Positions 9,760 through 18,439 of a stretch of DNA of 36,006 nt are shown here, piece after piece; the stretch's first letter is position 1; each line of letters begins with the position of its first letter. A program made the translations under genes and the position numbers. The notes under the pieces were generated by a model, which did no database searches, was not told the DNA's origin, and saw only the letters and a list, made by a program, of their open reading frames with translations. Source of the DNA: a virus (Duplodnaviria > Caudoviricetes); the IMG/VR virus record IMGVR_UViG_3300009528_000582, positions 1 to 36,006 of that record; one strand, given 5' to 3'.

Positions 9760-10221
9760 TTATATAGTCCCGATGATCTTGCCCACCAGGGCGGTATACT
9801 TGCGTTCGATCTTCTTCGTACCTTCATCCTGTGAAGTCTCCATATCGGTGATGTCTACGTCCGTGAGAGTTACGATCTTAGTGCCGTGCTTCTGCTCGAC
9901 GAAACTACCGGAGACCTGCTTGTCGGCGTAGCTGATTACGATCAGAAACGGTGCGTAGTCCAGAGGGTCTTTGCCTGCGAGGCGAGCTATAGACTCGAAT
10001 TGCTGTGCAGACTGCAAGGACATGCTGAAATCACACTTGGCGCTTCGATGCCCGTAGCCTACGCCTGAAGGGGTAGTCCCGCTTCCATATTGAAGTTCCT
10101 TCTCTTTTGTGCTCGAATAGTTGATGGACGAGAGGCCTCGGAACTCAACGCCGCCCATAAACTTGACTACGACATCGGTCCAGTCGTGGATCTCGCCGTT
10201 GATCAGGATACTATCTGCCAT
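9760..10221 (-). CDS. Tail tube protein
   Basis: ING..HDW.DV...I.Y....KE..YG.G..P.G.GYG pattern; 153 aa; follows the sheath. Confidence 0.88.
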   Translation of the reverse strand: MADSILINGEIHDWTDVVVKFMGGVEFRGLSSINYSSTKEKELQYGSGTTPSGVGYGHRSAKCDFSMSLQSAQQFESIARLAGKDPLDYAPFLIVISYADKQVSGSFVEQKHGTKIVTLTDVDITDMETSQDEGTKKIERKYTALVGKIIGTI

Positions 10222-10231
10222 TTTCGGCCTC

Positions 10232-12022
10232 CTATTCCTTAACGCCGGTTGTTAGCTGAAAGACAGCTACGAGTTTCTTTTTGGTCGGCGTAGGCACTAT
10301 CTCCACCTTGCAGTGCACGATTCCGTTCGACCAGATATTCGCGTCCGGGGTGAGCGTCATGACGTAGTTCATGATCGGCTTGTCCGTATCGTCTTCGGTT
10401 ACCTTCATGGCCTCGAGCGGACGGGAGAGGTCGGCCTTATAGGCTCCCAGGTCTTTCTCGGTGATGCCGGGCGAGTTGACGTAGGGCACGTTCGCTATGC
10501 CGACCTGCTTTACGGCCTCGTCTACAATCCTGCGGTTGCGGATGCAGAAGTAATCCGAGGTGGCGGAAGCCATCATCCAGTCGTCGGTAAACCGTATGCC
10601 GTAGCCGATGAAGTGCCGGAGCGATAGATAGCGCGCGTCGTTGAGCCGGGCGGTGTTCGAGGGACCCATCTCGGCGTTGGTGACGTATTCGTAATCTGCG
10701 GTCGCAGCAGTCGGAGCGGCCAGAAAGTGATAATGTCCGGTTGCGTATTCGATCGTCCCGGTCGCAGTACCGGTAGATTGGTCATAGAGTACACCGTCTC
10801 CGCCGTCTACGTGGATAGTTGCGCCATCGGTTATCGTCAAAGACCAGGGAACGACCGGGGACTTAGCAAGGAATCCATCCTGCGTAGTCCCGATACTCTC
10901 CTCGGTTATCTCAAAGATCGGCTTATAGGGATAGATCGCAACGGAGTTGGGGATCCCCATGTAGCGGACCCAGCCGATGGAGTGGTGCAAGTCAGCCTTG
11001 GCTACGAGCCCTGCCGAAGCGCCGCCGTCCGAGCGCACCTGCAGTTTGCCGCGCGCGTCGGTAAGCAAGGCCTGGCCTGCGTTTACGCAGAGCCGCCCGG
11101 AGCGCTTCGCGCCGGAACAGGTTACAAGCAGATCGATCCAGTCGTCTACCTCTTCGAGCGCATCGGCGTCCTTCAGGGGCAGCATGGGCGGGGCGTTGCA
11201 GATGAAGAAGATCGGTCGCTGCTCGCTGTTCCAGAGATCTTCGGCAAGGGTAATGAGCGCGGTCCAGAACGCGATGACGTTCGTTTGATCGCGGGTAGTC
11301 CAGATCGAGGTGGGCAGGTTTGAGATGTAGATATACTCGAAGCCCTGACCCGTGTTGGGGTCTTTCCAGGCGATAGCCTTTTCGCATGCGGCGATGATCT
11401 CATCAAGCGATGCGCGCGGCTCGTAGCACCACCAGCGGTACTCGTCACCGGCAACGAAGCTGTCGGCAGGGGTTCCGTCCTCGGTGAACTCTATGTACGT
11501 GCCGTTCTCCATCTCGAGCTTGGATTTGCGCGGAGGGCCTACGGTGGTGATGGGAAAGCTCGATTCCGGACCCCAGGCGATGCCGTTGTTGTACGAGACC
11601 TGATAGGTGGCGGTAGTGAACGAGCCGCCCTTGACGATGCGAATCCGATAGCGGCGGTTATAGCCGACCTGGGTGTGCGGCGAAACGTAGCCGGTAGCGA
11701 CTACGGCGGCGCCCCCGCCGGTCGGGTCGCCGTACTTCTTCTGCTCCGGTACGGTGATGTCGGTCGTGACCGGGCTGGCTGTCGCGCGCACAATGCCTAT
11801 CTGGCTCGCGCCCGAGCTGAACGCATCGTAGGCGTGCTCGGTCAATATGCCGTATCCATACTCGTCGAGAATGTCGCCGATATCACCCGCAAACTTTACG
11901 TCAGTAGTGCCTTGCTCAGACGCGCCTACGAGACAGAACAATCCGGCAAGCGAAGGCGGCAGAACGCCAAGCCCGCCGTCCTTAATTTCAGGATAGTAGC
12001 CGGGTAAGTCTTTTATAGGCAT
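10232..12022 (-). CDS. Contractile tail sheath protein (DUF2586-like) with two inserted beta domains
   Basis: LPG....I.DGGLG N-terminus; LNDARY...SDY..I.N.R.VD.A C-terminal sheath motifs. Confidence 0.9.
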   Translation of the reverse strand: MPIKDLPGYYPEIKDGGLGVLPPSLAGLFCLVGASEQGTTDVKFAGDIGDILDEYGYGILTEHAYDAFSSGASQIGIVRATASPVTTDITVPEQKKYGDPTGGGAAVVATGYVSPHTQVGYNRRYRIRIVKGGSFTTATYQVSYNNGIAWGPESSFPITTVGPPRKSKLEMENGTYIEFTEDGTPADSFVAGDEYRWWCYEPRASLDEIIAACEKAIAWKDPNTGQGFEYIYISNLPTSIWTTRDQTNVIAFWTALITLAEDLWNSEQRPIFFICNAPPMLPLKDADALEEVDDWIDLLVTCSGAKRSGRLCVNAGQALLTDARGKLQVRSDGGASAGLVAKADLHHSIGWVRYMGIPNSVAIYPYKPIFEITEESIGTTQDGFLAKSPVVPWSLTITDGATIHVDGGDGVLYDQSTGTATGTIEYATGHYHFLAAPTAATADYEYVTNAEMGPSNTARLNDARYLSLRHFIGYGIRFTDDWMMASATSDYFCIRNRRIVDEAVKQVGIANVPYVNSPGITEKDLGAYKADLSRPLEAMKVTEDDTDKPIMNYVMTLTPDANIWSNGIVHCKVEIVPTPTKKKLVAVFQLTTGVKE

Positions 12023-12025
12023 CTG

Positions 12026-12406
12026 TTACTCCTTATTGAGAAGGTGTTTGTTGATGGCGGCCTGAAGTTCAGTTTCAGTAATTTTGGTCTTATCCTCCCA
12101 GCCCGTGCAGACCTTGAGCACCGCGACGCGCGGATGCGTCAGCTTGCGCTCGGCAGCCAGGCGGGAGAAAGGTTTCTTCTTCTCTGCCACTTGGGCCTCC
12201 TTAGCCTCAGCTTGAGGCTCCTGGGGTTCCGGGGACTTTTCTGTCGAGGCTTCAAACCGATCAAGCATCTCCTTGAACTCCTCGCGGGCTACGACTTCAT
12301 CCGGCGAAACCCCGAACAATTCGCAAAACGCCGGAAGCTGATCCGGGGCAAGCTTGTAGCGCCTTGCGAACTCTTCTATTGAAAATCTATCGTCTGTGGA
12401 CATCAA
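12026..12406 (-). CDS. Small virion assembly protein (Mu gp38 position) with two helical repeats
   Basis: GGAGG RBS; C-terminal GW....ITE.E...AI..; internal repeat also present in 14306..14788. Confidence 0.55.
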   Translation of the reverse strand: MMSTDDRFSIEEFARRYKLAPDQLPAFCELFGVSPDEVVAREEFKEMLDRFEASTEKSPEPQEPQAEAKEAQVAEKKKPFSRLAAERKLTHPRVAVLKVCTGWEDKTKITETELQAAINKHLLNKE

Positions 12407-12411
12407 TCCTC

Positions 12412-13341
12412 CTAATCTGGGATTGTCGGCTCTTCTGCTTCAAGCTTGCGTATGAGCGGGCTAATCTCCGCCGTAAACGCCACCGGTTCGGACCCGTCGT
12501 TAGGCCCCCGGAACTCGAGCTCTAAAGTAATGAACATCTCGGTATTCGGTTCCTTTTTTTCTTCCTCGCCGGAGATGAACACCTGCGGCTGAAGCGCGCG
12601 CAGCTCCTGGTCTACGGCGAGGTAGTGGCCCGGGAAGGTCTCTATCGCAAGCTGGCGCTCGCGGAAGAAGCTAAAAAGCTGATCCAGATAGCCCTCGTCA
12701 ATCGAGGACTCGTCTGCGAACATAATCGAGATGTCAATCGTTACGCTCTGTCTGATGGTGCGGCCGTTGACGTTGGAGACGCGGTACGCCTCGGTCTCCC
12801 ATGAGTAGGTGTCGCCCTGGACAACTTCTTCTTCCTGTGTAAAGACAATCTTCAGTGTGCCGTCTCCTGTTTCAATCTCGCCGGACGCAGGGATAGCGCC
12901 GGAGGAGACGGTCTCTTCTTCCCCCCAGTCCGTACCGGTCCAGGGGGTCTTGCGCAGCTCGTAAGAGCCGTCGGTCCCTACCGTGCCCGATTCGGTAATC
13001 TCGCACACGTAGCGATTGTTCCCCTGGTGGTTGCCTTGCAGTTCAACCTCTTCCGTTCCGGTTCCCTCATGGACAATCTCGCCTTTCTCATAAATCACTT
13101 CAGGCACGCCCCTGATGGGCGAGTTCGTCATATCCGCGCGCCCGAAGGTAATCCGCGCGATCGGCTCGTTTAGTTGAGTGACGACCCGGGGATCCACGAC
13201 ATGCAGGCCCACCAGCCGGGGGTTGCCTTTGAAGGGATGCGCTCCTTTGACGTTGGCAAGCTTCGCCAGCTCGGTGCGGATGTGTCCCGCAATCCAGGAG
13301 ATCGTCAAGCCGCGCTTGATAGGGCCGTAAGGCAAGCTCAT
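12412..13341 (-). CDS. Tail terminator / neck protein (Mu gp37 position) with inserted beta domain
   Basis: Likely start is ATG 13341 (MSLPYG; ATGA overlap; GAGGGGG RBS), not the 13665 of the ORF track; located between gpG-like and sheath genes. Confidence 0.55.
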   Translation of the reverse strand: MSLPYGPIKRGLTISWIAGHIRTELAKLANVKGAHPFKGNPRLVGLHVVDPRVVTQLNEPIARITFGRADMTNSPIRGVPEVIYEKGEIVHEGTGTEEVELQGNHQGNNRYVCEITESGTVGTDGSYELRKTPWTGTDWGEEETVSSGAIPASGEIETGDGTLKIVFTQEEEVVQGDTYSWETEAYRVSNVNGRTIRQSVTIDISIMFADESSIDEGYLDQLFSFFRERQLAIETFPGHYLAVDQELRALQPQVFISGEEEKKEPNTEMFITLELEFRGPNDGSEPVAFTAEISPLIRKLEAEEPTIPD

Positions 13342-13829
13342 GGGAACGCCCCCTCGATAAAATCTTTGACTGCGGCCTTGATGATGCGCTCCTCGTCGGC
13401 AGGGAGTCCGGTGCCCTCGTCGGGTAGCCACTGCCTGCGGGGCATCTTGACTTTCTTTGCAAAGACCATCCGGCCGTCCGCACCCTTGAACACCAGGAAC
13501 CGCGCCCGGCGCGGCCTGATCGTGCCGCCCTTTTGATGGATGCGAGCGTACTTGATGGGTGAGCCGATGTGCAGCACATTGCCTGCGACCCGGAATCCGA
13601 TCGAGGATTTGAGCGTGCCTGATGCGCTGAGATACGAAGGAGTTCTGTCCCACTTTGCCGGCCACGGTCTACCGTCCGGGGCGACGCCCCGTTCAAAGCG
13701 GCGGGTCGTAGTGTAAACGAGCGAGGTGCCTACCGATTCCATCAAAGGCCGCAGGTTGCCGAACCGGTTAGCCGCACGGTCCATGATGCCGGGCAGCTGA
13801 TCGATCGTAATGCGTTTCCTTACGCTCAC
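13338..13829 (-). CDS. Phage virion morphogenesis / tail completion protein (Mu gpG-like)
   Basis: RF.....PDG.PW...L..SG.L..SI...GS...YA.IHQ.GG...MP.R..L, the family signature. Confidence 0.9.
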   Translation of the reverse strand: MSVRKRITIDQLPGIMDRAANRFGNLRPLMESVGTSLVYTTTRRFERGVAPDGRPWPAKWDRTPSYLSASGTLKSSIGFRVAGNVLHIGSPIKYARIHQKGGTIRPRRARFLVFKGADGRMVFAKKVKMPRRQWLPDEGTGLPADEERIIKAAVKDFIEGAFP

Positions 13830-14305
13830 GGGTTGCGCTCCTGGGGATGATCCGCATCGTCAACCGTGCTGAACTTGGCCTTGGGCGCCACGTATTTAAT
13901 CCGGGTACGGCTCAAGGTTTTCGCTCCTCCCAGCTCACGCTGACCCGAAGCTACCTCGGCGAGGAACGTGTCGGCCATCTTCTTCTTATCCGAATGCGCA
14001 TCAGGTTTGCCGACACGGGAGTAGAGCTTGTGGTAAACGAGGTTGACGGCGGCCTGGACGATTGCGTCTCGTGCCGCCGCCTCCTCTAACTCGGTAAGTT
14101 TTATCGGAACCTTGTAGCGCTTGGCAAGGGCGTTGTCTATGCGTGCTTCGGCATAGCGGATCGCCGTTGCGATCTTGGCCTCGTCAATGACTTTCTGGTC
14201 GGCGTCCTTGGACGCGTCATCATCGGTTAGTCGCGCGAGGATATCGGTCGGGATCTCCGCCTTGACGTCCGCGATAGTTATGTAGCGCCCGTCGCCAGTC
14301 GCCAT
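13826..14305 (-). CDS. Head-tail connector (Mu gp36 / DUF1320)
   Basis: Y.T..D......L..LTDD...AI..A...ID..L..RY.VP...Y.LY...L..VA.G...L signature. Confidence 0.9.
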   Translation of the reverse strand: MATGDGRYITIADVKAEIPTDILARLTDDDASKDADQKVIDEAKIATAIRYAEARIDNALAKRYKVPIKLTELEEAAARDAIVQAAVNLVYHKLYSRVGKPDAHSDKKKMADTFLAEVASGQRELGGAKTLSRTRIKYVAPKAKFSTVDDADHPQERNP

Positions 14306-14788
14306 TTACACCTCTTCTACTGCACCGAGTTTCAGCAGCCGATTGCGTTCGTTGTCCGGGAAGTCCACAGGAAGAAGCTTGCCGGACGGATACTGCTTGT
14401 GGTTATAGAGCACCGTGCAGCCGGTAACGCGCAGGCGCTTGGGTTTCACAGGTTTTGGTTTTGCAGAAGGTTCAGGCTTGGGTTTAGGCTTTGCCGATTC
14501 TTGCTCCCCTCTGTACTGCGCGAGCTTTTCGGCAAACTCCGCCTCCGTTATGGGATCGTTAAAGTCCAAGCCGAACTTTTCGCAGAAGGGGGCGCGTTCC
14601 TCCTTCTTGAGGCTAGACGCGTATTTGAGAAAGTCCTCTACGGTCTGAGGTGCGATCTGTCTGAACTGAACCTCGGTTAGCTCGTCAGTGAGCTCGACCG
14701 CGGCGCCCTCTGTAAGAGAAGCCGCCTCATTCGCGGTAAGCCCGAATTGAGCACACCATTCATCGAAGGTCTTTTTCGCTACTGCCAT
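14306..14788 (-). CDS. Head-associated protein (Mu gp35 position)
   Basis: Follows the capsid gene; C-terminal V.YN.K.Y..G.......RLLKLGAVE domain; N-terminal helical repeats; PK-rich linker. Confidence 0.6.
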   Translation of the reverse strand: MAVAKKTFDEWCAQFGLTANEAASLTEGAAVELTDELTEVQFRQIAPQTVEDFLKYASSLKKEERAPFCEKFGLDFNDPITEAEFAEKLAQYRGEQESAKPKPKPEPSAKPKPVKPKRLRVTGCTVLYNHKQYPSGKLLPVDFPDNERNRLLKLGAVEEV

Positions 14789-14796
14789 GATTCATC

Positions 14797-15822
14797 TCAC
14801 GCCAGCACGGTTGCGAAGACCATGCACTCGGGCCAGTGCGGGACAGGAAGCGGGCGGGACTCGGCAAGGATCCACATGACACTGGGATCCTTCTCTATCC
14901 AGGACTTGGAGAAGAACGGAGAGGCTACGGAAGCGCCGGTGTCGAGGTCCAAGATAAGGGCGTGATAGAGTCGGAACGGACCTGCAGAAGCGATGAGGAT
15001 GAAGGAGTTGTCCGGGATGAACTTCTGAGCAACGCCGGAGACATCGGTGTATTCCGCGCTGTACTCGAAGATGTCCACGCCTGCGAGCCTGCCGACGTAG
15101 TTACCTGCCTGCTCCAGGGAAAGCGCACCCGCAGCGATGCCGGAGGTGGTCTTAATCACGGCCTGGACCTTGGGGTGATCGATCAGAGCCTGAGCTACCG
15201 AGGAACCGCAGATAGCGATGTCGGCTGTGAAGCCGGTAGCGTTGGCGATCAGCGCCTTCCAGGTGCGGGTGTTTTTGATGGGGTTCGAGTTGGTGGTGTC
15301 GGACCAGAGGTCGGTCGAGGTAAGAACTACCTTATGGTCATCGGGGAGCAGGAAGTCTATCTCGAACGCGAGGTTTTCCTGCGCGACTGTGAGCTTGCCC
15401 TGAAGCGCCTGCGCGGCCATCCATTCTTTTGTGCGGGTGATCTGGGAGAGGAGATCCTGCAGCTCTACGCCGATCTTCTGCGCTTTGTACGCGTCGATGT
15501 TTCCGCCGCCTGGAACGTAAAGCTCAGCGCCCGGCGCGCGCACGGTCATCAGTTCCGGAGCGGAGAGTTCTTTCTTGAGCCTGATGCGCGGGGCCTTGAT
15601 AGACTGCATCTTGCGGCCCAACTTATCAACCACCACGCCTTCCTCGATGGGAGAGACGAACGGTGCCAGGTTCTTGCCGCCGATTACGATGTCGACGTCA
15701 ATGTCCTCGGCCAGAGCCTGTCGGCGCTGCGTGAACACCTTGTCGAGCAGGAACGAGGGCGGGGCCTGGATCTTATTGATGGCCTCGGTCATGGACCGCC
15801 AGTGGAAAAGATCAACTGCCAT
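14797..15822 (-). CDS. Major capsid protein (lambda gpE family)
   Basis: FL...F...LAPFVSP...EWMAAQAL.GK...W...DPS......SRPLPVP; 341 aa; GGAGG RBS. Confidence 0.93.
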   Translation of the reverse strand: MAVDLFHWRSMTEAINKIQAPPSFLLDKVFTQRRQALAEDIDVDIVIGGKNLAPFVSPIEEGVVVDKLGRKMQSIKAPRIRLKKELSAPELMTVRAPGAELYVPGGGNIDAYKAQKIGVELQDLLSQITRTKEWMAAQALQGKLTVAQENLAFEIDFLLPDDHKVVLTSTDLWSDTTNSNPIKNTRTWKALIANATGFTADIAICGSSVAQALIDHPKVQAVIKTTSGIAAGALSLEQAGNYVGRLAGVDIFEYSAEYTDVSGVAQKFIPDNSFILIASAGPFRLYHALILDLDTGASVASPFFSKSWIEKDPSVMWILAESRPLPVPHWPECMVFATVLA

Positions 15823-15831
15823 TTAATCCTC

Positions 15832-16767
15832 CTAAACGATGCGCTTTTTGATGAAGATGCCACGCTCCATGCAGGAGTGGACGATCTCCGTTTTCTGTGC
15901 CGTTGAAAGACCGGTCGGCCAGAGGTCGGCAAAGTCGTAGTTGAACTCGCCGTGGACGTAGGCAATGACCTTGGCGTCGGCTAAGGTAGCGTCTATAGCT
16001 TTACCCAGAATCGCGCGGGGAACGTCGACTCCATCAGTAGAGCAGTAATCGGCCTTGATGGTCTTGTCCTCCGCAGGCGCGGTGTCGAACACGATCTCAT
16101 ATTCACCGGTCTCGTAGTTGATGGTGCCATGCCCGTCGTCGCCTACCAGATTGCCGTTGCCGTCGTCGTGCAATTCCTTAGGCGAGGTGTCGTTCGTGTA
16201 GATGTAGAGCGAGCGCTCGATTACCTTGGTATGCGCAAGATAGCCTGCCCACTCTACCTGCCCGCCTGCAGTGCCGGTGCCGATAGCCTCGGCGGCATGC
16301 GCGGCCAGGTCGCCGATATAGGCAGCCAGGATGTCTTCGCCCGTGTCGGGCGCGACGAAGAAGGTAACGTCGTAAGCACCGGTTGCGTAAACGATCGTGC
16401 CGGTTCCCGGGGTTGCGCCGTCCGAGGTCAGGGTGCCGTCGCCGTTATCGGTGAACGTCTCGGTCGCCCCACCGACCACTACGGCCGCGATTACGAGCGA
16501 GCCGGGCTTGACTCCAGGCTTGGCCAGGGTGCCGGCAAAGTTCTTTTCAGAAGCATCGCCGTCCCCGAGATCCTCGTCCTCGTAGGTCACGCCAGGCGTT
16601 ATGGGCGCGTATTTGAGATCCGAAATCCTGCGGCCCAGAAGCGCGCCGCGCTTAAGCGAACCGGCGCCGGATATGATGGTAACCGGGATCTCTACGCGCG
16701 GATGAGTGCCTGCCAACAGATTATCTGCGGCAAGCGGGGTTTCAGTTACGCCGTAATCTTCTGCCAT
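15832..16767 (-). CDS. Head decoration protein (lambda gpD-like) with two inserted repeated domains
   Basis: gpD-like N-terminus (DNL.AG...TI.SG.G.L.RG.LLG) and C-terminus (P.AIL...DA..AD....AY.HGEFN...GIF) interrupted by two ~90-aa repeats. Confidence 0.8.
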   Translation of the reverse strand: MAEDYGVTETPLAADNLLAGTHPRVEIPVTIISGAGSLKRGALLGRRISDLKYAPITPGVTYEDEDLGDGDASEKNFAGTLAKPGVKPGSLVIAAVVVGGATETFTDNGDGTLTSDGATPGTGTIVYATGAYDVTFFVAPDTGEDILAAYIGDLAAHAAEAIGTGTAGGQVEWAGYLAHTKVIERSLYIYTNDTSPKELHDDGNGNLVGDDGHGTINYETGEYEIVFDTAPAEDKTIKADYCSTDGVDVPRAILGKAIDATLADAKVIAYVHGEFNYDFADLWPTGLSTAQKTEIVHSCMERGIFIKKRIV

Positions 16768-16778
16768 GTCTTACTCCT

Positions 16779-17357
16779 TTACCCTTGAGAGGGCACAGGC
16801 GGAGGGTTGACCGCCTCGGCGATCTTTTTGCCCGCTTCCACGTGCTCGGAGAACCGCGCGTGCTCTTTGTCGTCAGGCTTGACGATTTCTCCGTCGGGCA
16901 CGAACTTGGGCAGCGCCTCGAAGAGCGCAAGGATCTCATCGGCTGCGGGCCGGGTCTCGGTCTTGCCTGCCTCCGAGAACTGCACCGTGGGCGCGTTCTC
17001 GCCGGAGATAGCGGCCAATGCGTTTACCAGACGATCCTTGTTTGCAGGCAGGAACTTGCCGGCGCTGATGAGCTTGGCGACTCGTTCTGCGAACTGAGCC
17101 TTTTGCCGCTCGGCGAAGGAGGCCGCGAGCTTTGCCTTCGTCTCCCCGGCTTCCGCCTTCGCCTTGTAGGCCTCAAGCTTTGCTTCAAAAAGCTGCTCCG
17201 CAAAGGTCGTTGCGGTCGGCTCCTTGAACTTGGCAAAGTCCGGGTTGTCGGTAAAGATCAGGTCGGTGAGCTGCTCCGCGAACGAAGCGACTTCGGCCTC
17301 AGGAATCTTTCCCTTTGCCAGGTCTGCGAAGAACTTGAGCAGTTTCTCTTTGTTCAC
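16779..17357 (-). CDS. Internal in-frame scaffolding protein (Mu gpZ-like), 192 aa
   Basis: AGGAGG at 17367-17362 followed by an in-frame GTG at 17357, at the start of the helical FAE-rich region. Confidence 0.6.
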   Translation of the reverse strand: MNKEKLLKFFADLAKGKIPEAEVASFAEQLTDLIFTDNPDFAKFKEPTATTFAEQLFEAKLEAYKAKAEAGETKAKLAASFAERQKAQFAERVAKLISAGKFLPANKDRLVNALAAISGENAPTVQFSEAGKTETRPAADEILALFEALPKFVPDGEIVKPDDKEHARFSEHVEAGKKIAEAVNPPPVPSQG

Positions 17358-18191
17358 TTTGCCTCCTGGATTGTTGCGGGGGTCACAGAACCCCACGGTT
17401 GTTTGTTCTTTCTCGATTCGTTTCTTAATCTCCTTGGCACGCTCAAGCGCCGCGGCGCGATCTTGTTTTTCGTACTGGTCCACTGCAGGGAGCGTGGGGA
17501 TTGCCGCGATAGCCGCGTCTACCGCAGCCGGAACGATCTGGGGTTCATTGGCCACGACGTCGACGACCAGAGCGTAGTAAGAGTCAAGCGTTTCCCAGTG
17601 CTTTTTGAAATCACGATACAGGCTGTACCGTCCCAGCCCCCACCAGCCGAACCGATCCTTGACGCGCTGTTTGGCTACCGCCTCGTCCCATGGCGAGAGC
17701 GGCGCCGCGATCTTGAGCGTGTCTAAATCGGGCGGCTCCTCCTCGAAGATGATTATTCCGTCCAGGGTCCCTTCGTCTTTGATGGCCCGGAGTTCCGCTT
17801 CGGAAAAGCGCACAGGGTCTAGGCCCTTGATTTGCGGCGGCTTGGCCCCGAGCATGGTTACGGCTTTGATGTAGGGAGTGCCAGGGACAGGATTGGCGGG
17901 ATGGTCTTCGGGATAAAATTCAATAGAAGGCGGCCCCCACCTGCCGGACTGGATTTCGGCAAAGCCTTCCGGGGTGATGGTATCGGTATCCAGGTTCGTA
18001 AAGAGCCGATCCCCTTCGAGGAAGAACTCGTCGAACCAGCCAAAGGCCGGTCCTTGCTGCCGGTGATCGTCGGTAAGCGGGGCACGATGCAGCCCAGGAT
18101 CGTACGCGGCAACGGCCTTCGCCACTCGTTCGACAGGCCAGTCCCCCTGCGGATAGTTACCCGCACGGAACACTGCGAGTTTCTTTTTCAA
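16779..18191 (-). CDS. Prohead protease / scaffold (Mu gpI-like)
   Basis: VFRAG.Y...YDP..H.AP...H...PA.GW...SIE.Y...LGA.PP.IKGL....FSE; TTG start with GAGGA RBS; FAE-rich C-terminal scaffold region. Confidence 0.88.
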   Translation of the reverse strand: MKKKLAVFRAGNYPQGDWPVERVAKAVAAYDPGLHRAPLTDDHRQQGPAFGWFDEFFLEGDRLFTNLDTDTITPEGFAEIQSGRWGPPSIEFYPEDHPANPVPGTPYIKAVTMLGAKPPQIKGLDPVRFSEAELRAIKDEGTLDGIIIFEEEPPDLDTLKIAAPLSPWDEAVAKQRVKDRFGWWGLGRYSLYRDFKKHWETLDSYYALVVDVVANEPQIVPAAVDAAIAAIPTLPAVDQYEKQDRAAALERAKEIKKRIEKEQTTVGFCDPRNNPGGKVNKEKLLKFFADLAKGKIPEAEVASFAEQLTDLIFTDNPDFAKFKEPTATTFAEQLFEAKLEAYKAKAEAGETKAKLAASFAERQKAQFAERVAKLISAGKFLPANKDRLVNALAAISGENAPTVQFSEAGKTETRPAADEILALFEALPKFVPDGEIVKPDDKEHARFSEHVEAGKKIAEAVNPPPVPSQG

Positions 18192-18211
18192 ATAAATTCC
18201 TCACTCATTGG

Positions 18212-18272
18212 TAAAATTATGCGCCCCCGCGTGTCGCTGTCGAGACCGATATGACGCATCCGTGCAAATTGC
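18212..18272 (-). promoter_or_regulatory. Putative activator-dependent late promoter, copy 1 (head/tail operon)
   Basis: On the - strand: GCAATTTGCAC-N5-CGTCATATCGGTCTCGACAGCGACAC-GCGGGGGCG-CATAAT-TTTA; the 26-bp core is identical to 31835-31860; -10-like CATAAT with no canonical -35. Confidence 0.75.
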
Positions 18273-18396
18273 TTGAATGGAACCGCTGGGGCGGTTGAGG
18301 GTGTTAGGCCGTTGCTCGAATGTCCGCGCAGCGCAGCCCCGGTGCTGCGCACCGGAGCGATATTCCACTTCAGCGCTCTGCCTCAAATGGGGGGAT

Positions 18397-18422
18397 AAAA
18401 AAAGCCCCGCCGAAGCGGGGTT
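18397..18422 (-). terminator. Rho-independent terminator after the repressor gene
   Basis: - strand AACCCCGC-TTCG-GCGGGGCT followed by a T tract (7 T in total); C(UUCG)G tetraloop. Confidence 0.9.
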
Positions 18423-18439
18423 AGGGGGGGGGAAATAAG

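Noticed and set aside
13126-13134. CGTCATATC as a third copy of the late-promoter motif
   Set aside because: Only 9 bp, inside a CDS, antisense to the operon, and lacking the flanking elements.
13342-13665. N-terminal extension of ORF 12412..13665
   Set aside because: Overlaps the gpG-like gene in another frame; the coupled ATG at 13341 with an RBS is the better start.
14836-17726. Long plus-strand ORFs (14836..15906, 16129..16788, 16785..17726) and similar antisense ORFs elsewhere
   Set aside because: They mirror well-supported structural genes in GC-rich DNA and show no motifs or RBS.
18424-18432. G9 tract as a phase-variation site
   Set aside because: Non-coding, between the repressor stop and its terminator; a length change has no obvious effect.
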